NCBI GenBank assembly: GCA_001794055.1
Contig: MGJB01000012.1
Location: 1,124-65,123 of the forward strand
Direction of reading: 5' to 3'
Origin: Candidatus Yanofskybacteria bacterium RIFCSPHIGHO2_01_FULL_41_26
Lineage (GTDB): Bacteria; Patescibacteriota; Minisyncoccia; 2-02-FULL-40-12; GWA2-44-9
DNA length: 64,000 nucleotides
The notes below the pieces were generated by a model, which saw nothing but the letters and a program-made list of their open reading frames with translations, did no database searches and was not told the origin of the DNA. The translations under genes and the position numbers were made by a program. Below are positions 50,456 through 61,816 of this stretch, piece after piece. How positions within the stretch are numbered: the stretch's first letter is position 1; the number at the start of each line of letters is the position of its first letter.

Positions 50456-50668
50456 TTATTTCTTCAATCCATTCCAAGCGAGACAGCCGGCAAAAACTAC
50501 ACCAACCAAACTAAACCATATGGGTATCGCCCACCCGTTAAAAACCACCTCCCAGCCACTTATCAGTCGTAGAGCATGCATTACCGCCACGACCGCAAAC
50601 ACAGTCCCCGTCACTTTTCGATAGGTGTTATTGTTCATGTTTAAATTATAGCATTTTTTATTCCCCAC
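50456..50668 (-). CDS. Small hypothetical membrane protein
   Basis: 70 aa, two TM helices (TGTVFAVVAVMHAL..., IPIWFSLVGVVFAGCLAW). Start may be the internal Met. Confidence 0.35.
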   Translation of the reverse strand: MGNKKCYNLNMNNNTYRKVTGTVFAVVAVMHALRLISGWEVVFNGWAIPIWFSLVGVVFAGCLAWNGLKK

Positions 50669-50734
50669 TCCAGACTTCAGCAGTTTAGCGATTCCTTCTC
50701 CTCCAACCCAAATAATTAAAAACCGCCTCGGGTT

Positions 50735-50965
50735 TTATTTTAAAACCGCGCTTGAAAATGGAACAGAAAATGCCCTGCACCATACCCAGACCTCGTTATA
50801 TTCCTCCGGGTTTATACTCTCCGAAACTTCATAGTTCTGTCCGCCAATATTACCCTTCAATGCGCCTATTCTTGCCTCACTTGAATATTTCCCATCTTTG
50901 CCAAAATAGACAAACAAGTCTGGCCCATTGGTTACCTTGAAATTATCTTCAAAAAAACTTTCCAA
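50735..50965 (-). CDS. DM13-domain C-terminal fragment (possible gene remnant)
   Basis: FKVTNGPDLFVYFGKDGKYS...LKGNIGGQNYEVSESINPEEYNEVWVWCRAFSVPFSSAVL matches the C-terminal half of the DM13 electron-transfer domain. ORF begins with TTG right after a stop. The N-terminal half is absent. Confidence 0.35.
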   Translation of the reverse strand: MESFFEDNFKVTNGPDLFVYFGKDGKYSSEARIGALKGNIGGQNYEVSESINPEEYNEVWVWCRAFSVPFSSAVLK

Positions 50966-51048
50966 AAATTAGTTTTAATCATATTCCCATTATACCGACA
51001 AACGCATAAATCCAAAATCGTCTACTGCAACATATGTCGCATTTAAAT

Positions 51049-51879
51049 TTATGGCTGGAACAATTCCTCGGGTATAAAACTTACGCTTTCAACTCCTGGA
51101 AATTGTTTGGCAACTGCTTCTATTTGAAACCACAAAATTTCCACACGGCAAGAACCACCTCCTGTTTTGTTCTGTGGGTCTTTAAATTCTAAAGTTAAAA
51201 TTCCATTTTTCAACGATGCACCAATTAATTCTACGCCCTGAAGAGGAAATTCTGTAGTAATACCCGATGCCAATTCAGAGGCGGTCAAATTTCCCTGCAA
51301 CAAAAGACGAATGGCGTCCTGAATCGGTATTGCTGTATAAGAAATTTGGCGCTCAACAGAAACGAGGCCTTGTCTTGAACACATTATGTTCCCGCTTGAA
51401 TCTTTGTCGTTATCTGGATTGTAATAATAGAGTTTGACGGTCTGTTTTGATGAGGCTTGAAGATTAAAGCTAACTGGAACTTTAATTTGATTGGCATATT
51501 CAGGTAAATCTGATGGATTGTCTTTTTCAAAAACAAGATAACCTTTTCGTGTAGCAGGGGTTGCAAAATTCAATTCAGCTTCAAATTCCACAAAGTCGGT
51601 TACCATCCAGTCGGTTTTTGCTTGTGCTGGAACAACAGCCAGTTCTTTGCCGTTATCGTCAAAAAGTCGGACAGGAAAACTGGCTTCAAAAAACCAAGTC
51701 CCTCTAGCTTTGCCTTTAACAACAAGCGGAGAAGAAACTTCCTCAAAGGCAAACGGGCTCTCAAGCACAATTAAATCCTCATCTAGACAAGCTGTGAATT
51801 CGCAATACAAAATTCCGCTAATCACTATTGCTAATACCACAACAAATATCGTCCAGTATTTATGTCCTATCACACTCAT
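51049..51879 (-). CDS. Membrane-anchored GerMN / Gmad2 (Ig-like) domain protein
   Basis: N-terminal TM segment, Ig-like Gmad2-type block, GerMN-like block (KLYYYNPDNDKD...CSRQGLVSVERQI...IRLLLQG). Confidence 0.55.
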   Translation of the reverse strand: MSVIGHKYWTIFVVVLAIVISGILYCEFTACLDEDLIVLESPFAFEEVSSPLVVKGKARGTWFFEASFPVRLFDDNGKELAVVPAQAKTDWMVTDFVEFEAELNFATPATRKGYLVFEKDNPSDLPEYANQIKVPVSFNLQASSKQTVKLYYYNPDNDKDSSGNIMCSRQGLVSVERQISYTAIPIQDAIRLLLQGNLTASELASGITTEFPLQGVELIGASLKNGILTLEFKDPQNKTGGGSCRVEILWFQIEAVAKQFPGVESVSFIPEELFQP

Positions 51880-52003
51880 AGATCAATCATACCTTCCAAC
51901 AAAACTCGGGACAAGCTTCACCCTCCCAAATCAAATAATCAAAAATCGCCCGTTGAAGTAGCCATAGGCTCTGATGTAATTGAGCCAGACAAGCACAGAA
52001 GTT

Positions 52004-55000
52004 TTATTCGTTCATTTCGCTGCCGAACCCCGTCCCCGCCGGAATCAATCTTCCGATAATGACATTTTCCTTGAGACCTCGAAGGTAATCTTCTTTACCA
52101 AGAATGGCGCTGTCTATGAGGACTCTGGCTGTTTCCTGGAAAGAAGCGGCCGAGAGAAAGCTATCCGTGGTCAAAGACACTTTAGTAATACCAAGCAATA
52201 ATTGCTCAAAAATTGCTTCTGTTTTTTTGTTAGTTTTAGCTTTCTCGTTCTCTATCCAAGCAGTTCTTTTTTCAACTGTGTCCCCGGCCAAAAGATCGGT
52301 GTCTCCAGAATCAAGAACCTTGACTCTTGAAAACATCTGCCTGACAATTAATTCAACGTGTTTATCGTTGATGCTATCTCCAGTCGGCGAATAAATACTC
52401 TGAACTTCTCTGATTATGTACCTCGCCACCAAATCAATATTGTCAGTGGCTTTAAATAATTCTCTCAAATCAACATGACCTTCGCTTAATTGCTGGCCAA
52501 CGTAAATTAAATCTCCGGCTGCCACAGTAATGGTAATATTAGGAGCCACAAGATATTCTCTCTTTTCTCCGGTCTCCACAACTTCAACAGCGAGAGCCTT
52601 CTGTTTGCCCCTGTCTTCAACAGCTAAAACTTTTCCATCGACATCGGCAACTAATGCTTTAAATGTCGGCGGCCTGGCTTCAAAAATTTCTTCAACCCTA
52701 GGCAAACCCATGGTAATATCCGCTCCACCAGCAACGCCTCCGGTATGAAAAGTTCTCATCGTAAGCTGGGTACCTGGTTCACCAATGGCTTGGGCGGTAA
52801 CAATACCGACCGCTTCGCCTATTTCAACTAATTCATTTTTGGAAAGATCGTATCCATAGCACAATCGACAAATTCCCGTATAAGCCTTGCACTTTATAGC
52901 CGATCTGACTTTAATTGTTTTGAGCTCTAATTCTTCAATTTTCTTGGCAGATTCTTTATCGACTATTTTGTTTTTCTTAATGATAATATTGCCATCTTTG
53001 TCTAAAATATCTTCCAATACGGCCCGGCCTTTCACTCTCCGGCCTAGGGTTTCGCCGCTTACCTTGCCATCCTCGGCATACATTATAAATCCTTCTTTGT
53101 CTTTGCAATCTTCCTCGGTAATAACAATATCCTGCGCTACATCAACCAAGCGTCTTGTCAAATATCCCGCAGTGGCAGTTTTCAAGGCAGTATCCACCAA
53201 CCCTTTTCTGGCCCCGTGAGTGGATATAAAATATTCAAGAGAAGTTAGACCCTCTTTAAGAGAATTTCTTACCGGCAACTCGATAAGTTCTCCGGCTGGA
53301 TTGGCAAAAATACCCCTCATGCCCATCATTTGGTCCAAAGTTCCCCAAGTTCCTCTGGACTTCGAATTAACAAGCATAAAAGCAGCATCGTTAGGATCAA
53401 GTTGTTTCTTAACCAACACGGAGAGCTGTGATTTGGTTGTGTTCCAAATTTCTATGGCTTTTGAACGTCTCTCATATTCGGTAAGCAAACCATCTTCATA
53501 TAATGCTTTATTTTCTTCTATTAATTTATCGGCCTCTTCGATAATGCCTTTCTTTTCAATTGGAATTTTCAAATCATTCATACCCCATGAAATGCCGGAC
53601 ATGGTTGCATAGTGAAATCCGAGATCTTTTACTTTGTCCAGAAAAACAACAGTAGCTTCTTTTCCGAATTCATCCCAAATGTCAGAACCAATAAACTTTA
53701 AGTCCGGCTTAGTCAAAGTCCTGTTTGTAAATCCGTGTCCTTTGGGCAAGGCCTTATTGAATATCATGCGGCCCGGAGTCGTTTCTATCATTTTCGGTTC
53801 TTTATTATCTCCGCCAGCTGGCGGATTATAATCAGGATTGGGAACCTTTATCTTGGCTCTTAAGTCAGTAAATTTGTTCTCAAAAGATAGGAGAGCTTCG
53901 TATCGGGAAGAGAATGTTTTGCCTTCGCCCCTTGCGCCGTCCAACATACTGGTCAAATAATAGATACCAAAAGATACGTCGTGACTTGGCGAAGCGACGG
54001 GTTCTCCGGTGGCTGGTTTCAAAATTCCATGACTGGCAAGCATTAATTCTCTTGCTTCTTTTTGGGCTTCATTGGTCAAGGGCAAATGAACAGCCATCTG
54101 ATCTCCATCAAAGTCGGCATTAAAAGCATGGGTAGGCAAGGCCGGGATTTTAATAGCTTTGCCTTCTATCAGCATCGGCTCAAATGCTTGTACGGATAAC
54201 CGATGCAAGGTCGGAGCACGATTAAGCAAAACCAATTTATTTTGCATTGCTTCTTCAAGCGCAGTCCAAACATCAGCAGTTTCCTGTTCTATCAGTCGGC
54301 CGGCTGATTTAATGTTGTGAGCAAGTTCTTTTCTTATTAAAATTCCTATAACAAATGGTTTGAATAATTCCAAAGCCATTTGCTTGGGCAAACCGCATTC
54401 GGCCAAGTTTAATTCCGGACCGATAACGATCACGCTTCTTCCGGAATAATCCACTCTTTTGCCCAGCAAGTTCTGTCTGAACCGGCCCTGTTTTCCTTTG
54501 AGCATATCCGCCAGTGATTTCAAGGCCCTCTTCTGCCCCGTTGAAGCAGCTGTCGTAATTTGTCCCTTTCTCATCGAGTTGTCGAGAAGAGCATCAACGG
54601 CTTCCTGAAGCATTCTTTTTTCATTTTTAGTAATAACTTCTGGAGCTTTCAATTCCAGCAAATGCTTCAAGCGGTTGTTTCTGTTTATTACTCGCCTGTA
54701 CAGATCATTTGAATCCGAGGTGGCATAACGGCCTCCATCTAAGGGAACCATCGGTCTTAATGCCGGCGGAATAACCGGAAGAATGGTAATGATCGCCCAC
54801 TCCGGACGAATTCCGGCTTTTATCATTCCCTTCAAAAACTTCAGTCGTCTTGATATTTTTCTCACCTCTAAAGGATTTGATTCGTTCTTCATCTCTCCTT
54901 CCAATTCAACAAGCATTTCTTCCATGTTTAACTCCTCCAGTAGTTTTCTAACTGCTTCCGCTCCAATGCCTGCTTCGAATACTTCGCCGTATTTAGCGGA

Positions 55001-55585
55001 AAGGTCTCTAAAATCAAGTTCAGAAATTATTTGGTATTTTAACAAATTTCTTAAATTGTTCCTCTCGCGGTCTTTTAATTCTTTCAGGGATTCCTCTTCG
55101 GAAATGTTCTTGGAATTCTTTAGTTTTGATTTAAATTCAGACTCAATCCTCTTCATCGCTTCAGCTTTCAAATCTTCATTAACACTGGTAACGATATAGC
55201 TTGCGAAATAAATCACTCTTTCCAGTTCAGGCAGAGAAACCCCAAGAATGGTAGCAACCTTAGAGGGCACACCTCGCAAGAACCAAATATGGGCAACCGG
55301 AGCGGCAAGTTTAATGTGGCCCATTCTTTCTCGCCTTACAATTGAGCGTGTTACTTCGACTCCGCACCTGTCGCAAATAATTCCCTTATATCGTATTCTC
55401 TTGTATTTGCCGCAATAACATTCCCAATCTTTCGTGGGGCCAAAAATAGATTCCGAAAACAAACCTTCCCTCTCCGGTTTCTGGGTTCGATAATTGATTG
55501 TTTCCGGTTTCGTTACTTCTCCATATGACCAAGACATTATATCGTCCGGAGAAGCAATTTTTAATTTTATTGAAGATAAATCCAT
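52004..55585 (-). CDS. rpoC: DNA-directed RNA polymerase subunit beta'
   Basis: 1193 aa. Zn finger [35 protein letters not shown] catalytic motif, trigger loop, bridge helix. Confidence 0.97.
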   Translation of the reverse strand: MDLSSIKLKIASPDDIMSWSYGEVTKPETINYRTQKPEREGLFSESIFGPTKDWECYCGKYKRIRYKGIICDRCGVEVTRSIVRRERMGHIKLAAPVAHIWFLRGVPSKVATILGVSLPELERVIYFASYIVTSVNEDLKAEAMKRIESEFKSKLKNSKNISEEESLKELKDRERNNLRNLLKYQIISELDFRDLSAKYGEVFEAGIGAEAVRKLLEELNMEEMLVELEGEMKNESNPLEVRKISRRLKFLKGMIKAGIRPEWAIITILPVIPPALRPMVPLDGGRYATSDSNDLYRRVINRNNRLKHLLELKAPEVITKNEKRMLQEAVDALLDNSMRKGQITTAASTGQKRALKSLADMLKGKQGRFRQNLLGKRVDYSGRSVIVIGPELNLAECGLPKQMALELFKPFVIGILIRKELAHNIKSAGRLIEQETADVWTALEEAMQNKLVLLNRAPTLHRLSVQAFEPMLIEGKAIKIPALPTHAFNADFDGDQMAVHLPLTNEAQKEARELMLASHGILKPATGEPVASPSHDVSFGIYYLTSMLDGARGEGKTFSSRYEALLSFENKFTDLRAKIKVPNPDYNPPAGGDNKEPKMIETTPGRMIFNKALPKGHGFTNRTLTKPDLKFIGSDIWDEFGKEATVVFLDKVKDLGFHYATMSGISWGMNDLKIPIEKKGIIEEADKLIEENKALYEDGLLTEYERRSKAIEIWNTTKSQLSVLVKKQLDPNDAAFMLVNSKSRGTWGTLDQMMGMRGIFANPAGELIELPVRNSLKEGLTSLEYFISTHGARKGLVDTALKTATAGYLTRRLVDVAQDIVITEEDCKDKEGFIMYAEDGKVSGETLGRRVKGRAVLEDILDKDGNIIIKKNKIVDKESAKKIEELELKTIKVRSAIKCKAYTGICRLCYGYDLSKNELVEIGEAVGIVTAQAIGEPGTQLTMRTFHTGGVAGGADITMGLPRVEEIFEARPPTFKALVADVDGKVLAVEDRGKQKALAVEVVETGEKREYLVAPNITITVAAGDLIYVGQQLSEGHVDLRELFKATDNIDLVARYIIREVQSIYSPTGDSINDKHVELIVRQMFSRVKVLDSGDTDLLAGDTVEKRTAWIENEKAKTNKKTEAIFEQLLLGITKVSLTTDSFLSAASFQETARVLIDSAILGKEDYLRGLKENVIIGRLIPAGTGFGSEMNE

Positions 55586-55601
55586 ATTATAACTTGATTG
55601 A

Positions 55602-58600
55602 TTATCTTTCTATTAATTCTACATTTAAGCCAAGGCCTTTAATTTCTGACAACAGAACCTTGAATGATTCCGGCAAATGCGGTGCTCTTATTTCCTCTCC
55701 GTTAACAATTGATTCATACGTTTTTGCCCGACCTAAAACATCATCAGATTTAATGGTCAGCATTTCTTGGAGTGTGTGAGCGGCGCCATATCCTTCAAGG
55801 GCCCACACTTCCATTTCCCCGAACCTCTGTCCCCCAAACTGAGCCTTACCCCCCAATGGCTGTTGGGTAATCAATGAATAAGGACCGATAGATCTCATGT
55901 GAAGCTTATCTTCAACCATGTGAATCAGTTTCATGAAATAGGTTATCCCAACATGGCATTTTGCGTCATAAGCTATTCCGGTTTTTCCATCATACAATTG
56001 CATTTTGCCATCTACCGGGTATCCGGCCTTTTTTAGCTCTTCTACGATTGACTCCTCTGTCGGTCCGGCCATAGCAGGAGTGGCGGCTTTGTAGCCAAGT
56101 TTCTTGGCGGCAATACCAAGATGAGATTCAAGAACCTGTCCGATATTCATACGCGAAATAATGCCCAACGGACTTAAAATAATATCCACCGGAGTTCCAT
56201 CTTCAAGAAATGGCATATCTTCTTCGGGCAGAATAGTTGAAATAACACCTTTATTGCCGTGTCTTCCGGCCAACTTGTCTCCAACTTGAGCCTTTCTTAA
56301 TTGAGCAACAGAAACTTGAATTTTCTTTATCACTCCGACATCCAGCTTATCTCCTTCTTCTCTTGAGAAAACCTTAACATCTACAACGCGGCCTTGTTTT
56401 CCATAATCCAACCGCAAAGAAGAATCCTTAACATCCCTAGATTTATCTCCAAAAATAGCTCTTAATAGTCTTTCTTCAGCAGTAAGGTCGCTTTCGCCTT
56501 TTGGAGAAATTTTTCCGACAAGAATGTCTTGGGAACGAACCTCGGCTCCAATTCTTACTATTCCATCCGGATCAAGATCATTTAATCTTTCCATGGCAAC
56601 ATTGGGAATGTCGTATGTGGTTAATTCCGGACCAAGTTTAGTCTCCCTGACATCAGTTGAATAGTCCTCAATGTGAATAGAGGAAAAAACATCTTCTTTT
56701 ACAAGTCGCTCAGAAATAACAATGGCATCCTGGAAATTGCATCCTTCATAAGACATGTAAGCCACAACCAAATTTTTGCCCAATGCAATCTCGCCATCTT
56801 GGGTTGATGGTCCATCGGCCAAAGCCTGGCCTTTCTTAACCTTGTCACCTTTAGCAACTAAAACTCTCTGATTCAAACAAGTAAAAGCATTAGAGCGGGC
56901 AAATTTTAAAAGTTTGTATTCGTATTCTTTACCTTTCTCGGTTTCCAAAACAACACGAGAAGCATCCGCTGCCGTAATGGTCCCCGCCTCGTTGGCAATC
57001 ACAACCATTCCCGAATCTCGGGCAACTTTGCCTTCAAGTCCGGTTCCGACATAGGGAGATTCGGGTTGAATAAGAGGAACAGCTTGTCTTTGCATGTTGG
57101 AACCCATCAAAGCGCGGTTTGCATCATCATGCTCTAAGAACGGTATCAAAGAAGTAGAAACCGAGAACATCTGCCTTGGAGAAACATCCACATACTGAAC
57201 ATCTTTCGGTTCGGCGGTTCCTGGTTCGCCATGAACACGGCCGACTATCTTGTCGCCGATCAATTGATTATTCTTGTCCATTTCAGCACCTGCCGAAGCA
57301 ATGATATATCTTTCTTCCTCAACCGCGTCCATGTATGTAAACTCATCGGCAACTTTTCCTTTAATTACTTTTCTGTAAGGAGTAAGAATAAATCCCAGAT
57401 CGGAAATTTTAGAATATAAAGCCAGGTGCCCGACTAAACCAATGTTTGGGCCTTCTGGGGTAGCAATAGGACAAATTCTCCCGTAATGAGAAGGATGGAC
57501 ATCTCTTACTTCAAAACTCGCCCGTTCTCTGGTTAAACCTCCCGGGCCAAGAGCTGATAACCTTCTTTTGTGTTCCAATTCTGATAAAGGATTGTGCTGA
57601 TCCATGAATTGAGACAACTGACCGGAAGCAAAAAATTCTTTCAAGGCCGCAACAAAAGGTCTGGCGTTTATAAGCTGAGAAGGCAGGACGGTTGCAATAT
57701 CGGAAGTGGACATTCTGTCTTTAGTTATTCTTTCCATGCGGGAAAAGGCAATTCTCAATCTGTCTTGTAAAAGCTCCCCAAGAGTTTTAACCCTCCTGTT
57801 TCCAAGATGGTCTATGTTGTCCGGCACCGATGAGGGATTATTATTGAGCTTAATGATCTCTTTTAATATGGAAATTATATCTTCTTTCCGGAGAATCCGG
57901 TTTTCGGTTTTATCCAAAACAAGTTCTTCGTTAAACCTCTTATTCATTCTAAACCTGCCAACTTTAGAAAGGTCATATCGAGAAGAGTTAAAGAATAAAT
58001 TATGAACCATCTGACGGGCATTATCTCCAGTGGCAGGATCTCCGGGTCGAATTCTTTTGTAAAGTTCTATCAATCCTTCCTCTTCGTTTGAAGAAGGGTC
58101 GGCAAGTATCGTAGCCAGAATATATTTAACGTCAGGGTCAGTATCTACATCTTCAAAAAGTTTTTTGATCTCATCATCTTTGGTTATGCCAAAAGCCCTT
58201 AATAAAGCCGTTGCGGGAACTTTTCTTTTTCTATCTATTCTACAGGAAATAACTCCGTTGTATTCGGTTTCAAATTCAAGCCAGGCGCCTCTGGAAGGAA
58301 TAAGTTTTGCCCCAAAAAATCTTTTTAATCTTGACGAGCGGGACATTGAAAAGAAAACACCCGGACTTCGAATAAGCTGAGAAATGACAACCCTCTCCAC
58401 TCCATTAATAATAAAAGTTCCCCTCGGAGTCATCAGGGGGAAGTCTGAAAGAAATAACTCTTGTTCTTTGTATTGATCGGTTCTTTTGTTTCTTAAGCCA
58501 ACCTTAACCTTCAAAGGGGCTTCGTAGGTGATGTTTTTTTCTATTGCCGTTCTTTCTTGGTATTTTGGTTCGTCCAGCTTGTAATCTAAGAAATGCAATT

Positions 58601-58784
58601 CGAGTTCTTTGCCGGTCCAATCTTCAGTCGGAGAAACCTCTTTCAGCAACTCCCTCAAACCGACATCCAAAAACCATTTATATGAATCCAACTGAACCTG
58701 CACCAAGTTAGGAGCTTCAAATTGATCGACTCCAAATTTTGAGAATATTTTTCGCATTTTGGAAGGAATGGGTAAACAAAACAA
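55602..58784 (-). CDS. rpoB: DNA-directed RNA polymerase subunit beta
   Basis: 1060 aa. Rif-region motifs and FGEMEVWALEGYGAAHTLQEMLTIKSDD near the C-terminus. Immediately upstream of rpoC. Confidence 0.97.
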   Translation of the reverse strand: MFCLPIPSKMRKIFSKFGVDQFEAPNLVQVQLDSYKWFLDVGLRELLKEVSPTEDWTGKELELHFLDYKLDEPKYQERTAIEKNITYEAPLKVKVGLRNKRTDQYKEQELFLSDFPLMTPRGTFIINGVERVVISQLIRSPGVFFSMSRSSRLKRFFGAKLIPSRGAWLEFETEYNGVISCRIDRKRKVPATALLRAFGITKDDEIKKLFEDVDTDPDVKYILATILADPSSNEEEGLIELYKRIRPGDPATGDNARQMVHNLFFNSSRYDLSKVGRFRMNKRFNEELVLDKTENRILRKEDIISILKEIIKLNNNPSSVPDNIDHLGNRRVKTLGELLQDRLRIAFSRMERITKDRMSTSDIATVLPSQLINARPFVAALKEFFASGQLSQFMDQHNPLSELEHKRRLSALGPGGLTRERASFEVRDVHPSHYGRICPIATPEGPNIGLVGHLALYSKISDLGFILTPYRKVIKGKVADEFTYMDAVEEERYIIASAGAEMDKNNQLIGDKIVGRVHGEPGTAEPKDVQYVDVSPRQMFSVSTSLIPFLEHDDANRALMGSNMQRQAVPLIQPESPYVGTGLEGKVARDSGMVVIANEAGTITAADASRVVLETEKGKEYEYKLLKFARSNAFTCLNQRVLVAKGDKVKKGQALADGPSTQDGEIALGKNLVVAYMSYEGCNFQDAIVISERLVKEDVFSSIHIEDYSTDVRETKLGPELTTYDIPNVAMERLNDLDPDGIVRIGAEVRSQDILVGKISPKGESDLTAEERLLRAIFGDKSRDVKDSSLRLDYGKQGRVVDVKVFSREEGDKLDVGVIKKIQVSVAQLRKAQVGDKLAGRHGNKGVISTILPEEDMPFLEDGTPVDIILSPLGIISRMNIGQVLESHLGIAAKKLGYKAATPAMAGPTEESIVEELKKAGYPVDGKMQLYDGKTGIAYDAKCHVGITYFMKLIHMVEDKLHMRSIGPYSLITQQPLGGKAQFGGQRFGEMEVWALEGYGAAHTLQEMLTIKSDDVLGRAKTYESIVNGEEIRAPHLPESFKVLLSEIKGLGLNVELIER

Positions 58785-58929
58785 ACACGCTCTCTCCTGT
58801 CGTGCTTGACGGATTTTTTATATTAATTTATTCGATTGATTCTGGACAATTTGTGGTGGTCAGAAATTGTTAGATTCTTAAATAACCACTCCGCCATCCG
58901 CCAACTGGCGGAGACGGACGAATGAGCAT

Positions 58930-59217
58930 TTAAGAACCTGCAATAATGGCTTGTTTGCTTGCTTTTATAGCCTCAATGAAGGTTTGGGCGATTTTGTGGG
59001 CCGAACTTGATTTTTCGACTTTTCCAGTGATCTTAACCATTTTTAAAGACAGTGTTTCTATTTTATTCCTTTTACAAATTTTGTCAACAGCCAATATCAA
59101 CACCGAATCCAAGTTGGCCTCAAACTCAAAAGTCAAGGTGTCTATCAACCTTTTGCCTTCTTGGAGTTTCAGCTCCACCTCTCCCCTCTTTTCTGTAAAA
59201 TTTATGATTAGGTTCAT
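58930..59217 (-). CDS. Hypothetical protein
   Basis: 95 aa, no recognised motif. 4-nt overlap with the upstream MFS gene suggests it is translated. Confidence 0.35.
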   Translation of the reverse strand: MNLIINFTEKRGEVELKLQEGKRLIDTLTFEFEANLDSVLILAVDKICKRNKIETLSLKMVKITGKVEKSSSAHKIAQTFIEAIKASKQAIIAGS

Positions 59218-60455
59218 GCCACCACTTTCTTTATTTCAACTTTTCTAACCAAACAAAAACCCACTGCCACAAATACTGCCATGACCACCATAGCAATGCG
59301 ATAGCGGGTCGCTCCAAAATCAATAAAGATGTAGGTTATTAATCCCCAAAACAACGGCCCAACCAGAGTCGATGTTCTTTCGGCAAGAGTATAAAAACTA
59401 AAACCAAAGTTTAACTTTTCTTTCGGAGTAAGTGCTGTCATCACGGCCCGACTTACGGTCCAGATGGCTCCAAAAAGAAAACCCATCAAAATAGATAAAA
59501 CCATGAATACGGTGAAATTGGTATTTAAACCGAGTATTGGTAGGAATATGACCCAAATACCGATAACAAACAGTATGGATTTTTTAAGGCCGATTTTGTC
59601 AGCGATAAAACCAGAAAACAAAGCCCCAAAGATTGATGTAAATAATGCACCGCCCAAAAGAATTACTTTTAATTTATCAGAAACACCAAAAACATTTTGA
59701 AGATATATGGGAAAATTATTAGAAACAGTTATGACTGCGTCATTAAAAAAGAAAAAAGCGAGGAGAAAGAACTTCATGTTCTTATCCAGAATCAATTCCT
59801 TAAATCGTCCCCACTGGCTCTTATATTCTTCCCTTAAATTAATCTTGTGATCAAAACTTTTTTGCTTAGGTAATTTGAAAAATAAAAGCATCGGCAACGC
59901 AAGCACAAAAAACAAAATTGTTGCTGGTAGAAAAGTCTGAGCCCGACCGGCCTCACCCATGAGATATATTGTCCCGCCTGCGAGCGGCAGGGTAATTAAT
60001 AATCCAACGACTTGCCCAAGATAATTTGCTCCCAGACCGATACCTGATATTCTTCCCCACTTCTCTCTCGGAGCGATAAGGTGTAAAAGAGGATTATAAA
60101 AAACGAATGAAAATTGATATAGATAGTTGGCAAGAAGGAAAAATAGAACAGCCAAAAATACTTTGTGAGAGAAAAATAAAGTTATAAACGAAACACTCAA
60201 AAAACACAAAAAAGATAAGACGGTAATTTTGTTGAAATAATTTTGTTGTCTCCCTGTTTTATCGGCAATACTTCCCAAAATTGGGGCCGTTAGAAGAAGC
60301 AGGGCCGATCCAACCGCAAAAATGATGTTATACCAAAAATCTGCTACGCCCTTATCAACCACCAACCATTGCGAAAAATATAAAAAGAAAACAATTGAAA
60401 CGATCGAATTAGCAAAATCGTATAGAGTCCAGAGGAAAATATTTTTCTTATTCAT
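59214..60455 (-). CDS. MFS transporter, UMF1/Atg22-like family
   Basis: 12 predicted TM helices. N-terminal FLWTLYDFANSIVSIVFFLYFSQW is characteristic of the UMF1 family. Confidence 0.65.
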   Translation of the reverse strand: MNKKNIFLWTLYDFANSIVSIVFFLYFSQWLVVDKGVADFWYNIIFAVGSALLLLTAPILGSIADKTGRQQNYFNKITVLSFLCFLSVSFITLFFSHKVFLAVLFFLLANYLYQFSFVFYNPLLHLIAPREKWGRISGIGLGANYLGQVVGLLITLPLAGGTIYLMGEAGRAQTFLPATILFFVLALPMLLFFKLPKQKSFDHKINLREEYKSQWGRFKELILDKNMKFFLLAFFFFNDAVITVSNNFPIYLQNVFGVSDKLKVILLGGALFTSIFGALFSGFIADKIGLKKSILFVIGIWVIFLPILGLNTNFTVFMVLSILMGFLFGAIWTVSRAVMTALTPKEKLNFGFSFYTLAERTSTLVGPLFWGLITYIFIDFGATRYRIAMVVMAVFVAVGFCLVRKVEIKKVVA

Positions 60456-60491
60456 GTTTTAATAAAATTTATGATCAGGTTGATGATTTTT

Positions 60492-61034
60492 TTAAAATTT
60501 TTCATTTTCCATTATTTCAACGTTTAAATTTTGGGCTTCCTTTATTAAAAATTCTTGATTGATTCTGGCTGCTTTGAATTCCTCTAAATTCTCTTGATTT
60601 TCTTTCCTGTTTTTAAAAAATTGATCTCTGTGTTGCTTTTCACTTGAAGTGATTATTAAAATCAACTTCCCATCATTTTTCAATAGATTCGGATCTAAAA
60701 ATGCTCCTTCCACAACAACCTTGTCACGACCCTGAATTTCTTTATTCACAGCATCAGACAAAGCTCTCCTTACTGCCTTTAATCCCCTAGCCACATTCTC
60801 AGTGTTCAATTTTCCGAACTGGCTAAATGCCTGATTTGTGCCTAAAAATAAAAACGGCGATTCTTCTTTAGTGGTTAGTCTCCTAAGAGGTTCTTTCAAG
60901 GTGTCCGCCTCAAACAAAGGTAGGTTCAAGTCGTTAGCTATTTTTTGACTTAAATAAGTCTTTCCCGAACCGGGGACTCCATAAATAAAAACTTTTTTAT
61001 CGGCGAATTTATCCATGCTCAATTTAACCACCAA
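60492..61034 (-). CDS. P-loop nucleotide/nucleoside kinase-like protein
   Basis: FIYGVPGSGKTYLSQKIA Walker A near the N-terminus. ~180 aa, the size of the adenylate/shikimate-kinase fold. Confidence 0.5.
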   Translation of the reverse strand: MVVKLSMDKFADKKVFIYGVPGSGKTYLSQKIANDLNLPLFEADTLKEPLRRLTTKEESPFLFLGTNQAFSQFGKLNTENVARGLKAVRRALSDAVNKEIQGRDKVVVEGAFLDPNLLKNDGKLILIITSSEKQHRDQFFKNRKENQENLEEFKAARINQEFLIKEAQNLNVEIMENEKF

Positions 61035-61046
61035 AAACTCCCTGTT

Positions 61047-61700
61047 TCATTTTTCTATAACCAATGCCCCTCCTTTAAGTCCTCGTATTGATATCGGAAC
61101 ATCATCAAGATTTATATCCCACCTTAAATCTTCGAACTTTATATTTTCTTCGGTAAGTTTTTGTTTATAGGTTTCTATCGGCAAGGAAAAATAGCCATCG
61201 GCTTGAATTGGGTTTTGAGTAGTTACATCTTCCAAATCAAATACAAATATTCCGAGACCAGGAGAACGCAGAGCATTATAGGCATTTTTAATAACACCCC
61301 ACTGTTTATTTGTTTCGATAAATTTAAGGACTACATGTCCAAAAGTTATATCAAATGGGGCATTCGGAATTGGAGTAGTAATATCATGCTGAACAACATT
61401 TTCTTCCCCTTCAAGATGTTCAATAGAAATATCAAAGGTAATTAATTCAACTGGTTTCTGAAATAATTTTTCAAAGATAAGTTTGTGTCTTTTTACAAAT
61501 CTTTTATCAGCACAGCCGAAAACAGCAACTCTTACATTTTCAAAGCTGGGCTTATAATTAGTTTCAGACAAAATCTTCTTGAGTTCTAACTCTTTAACAA
61601 AAATTCTTCTGTTAGTTTCCTCGTCAGAACGATTGATATGTTTTTTGTGATAATCCGTAATTGCCATATTTTTATTTAACCACCAAAACCTACCCACCAC
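61047..61700 (-). CDS. Hypothetical protein with SAM-methyltransferase-like motifs
   Basis: VAVFGCADKRF (motif I-like) and PFDITFGHVVL. Weak assignment. Confidence 0.35.
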   Translation of the reverse strand: MVGRFWWLNKNMAITDYHKKHINRSDEETNRRIFVKELELKKILSETNYKPSFENVRVAVFGCADKRFVKRHKLIFEKLFQKPVELITFDISIEHLEGEENVVQHDITTPIPNAPFDITFGHVVLKFIETNKQWGVIKNAYNALRSPGLGIFVFDLEDVTTQNPIQADGYFSLPIETYKQKLTEENIKFEDLRWDINLDDVPISIRGLKGGALVIEK

Positions 61701-61816
61701 AAGCGTGAAACTCTAATCCATTGGAGGGACTTACGGAGCTCGACGGAGCGAGTACGAGGCAAAATTCCAGCAGGAATTTATGCCGTGCCCGAGAATGGGT
61801 TAGGGTTTCACGCTCC

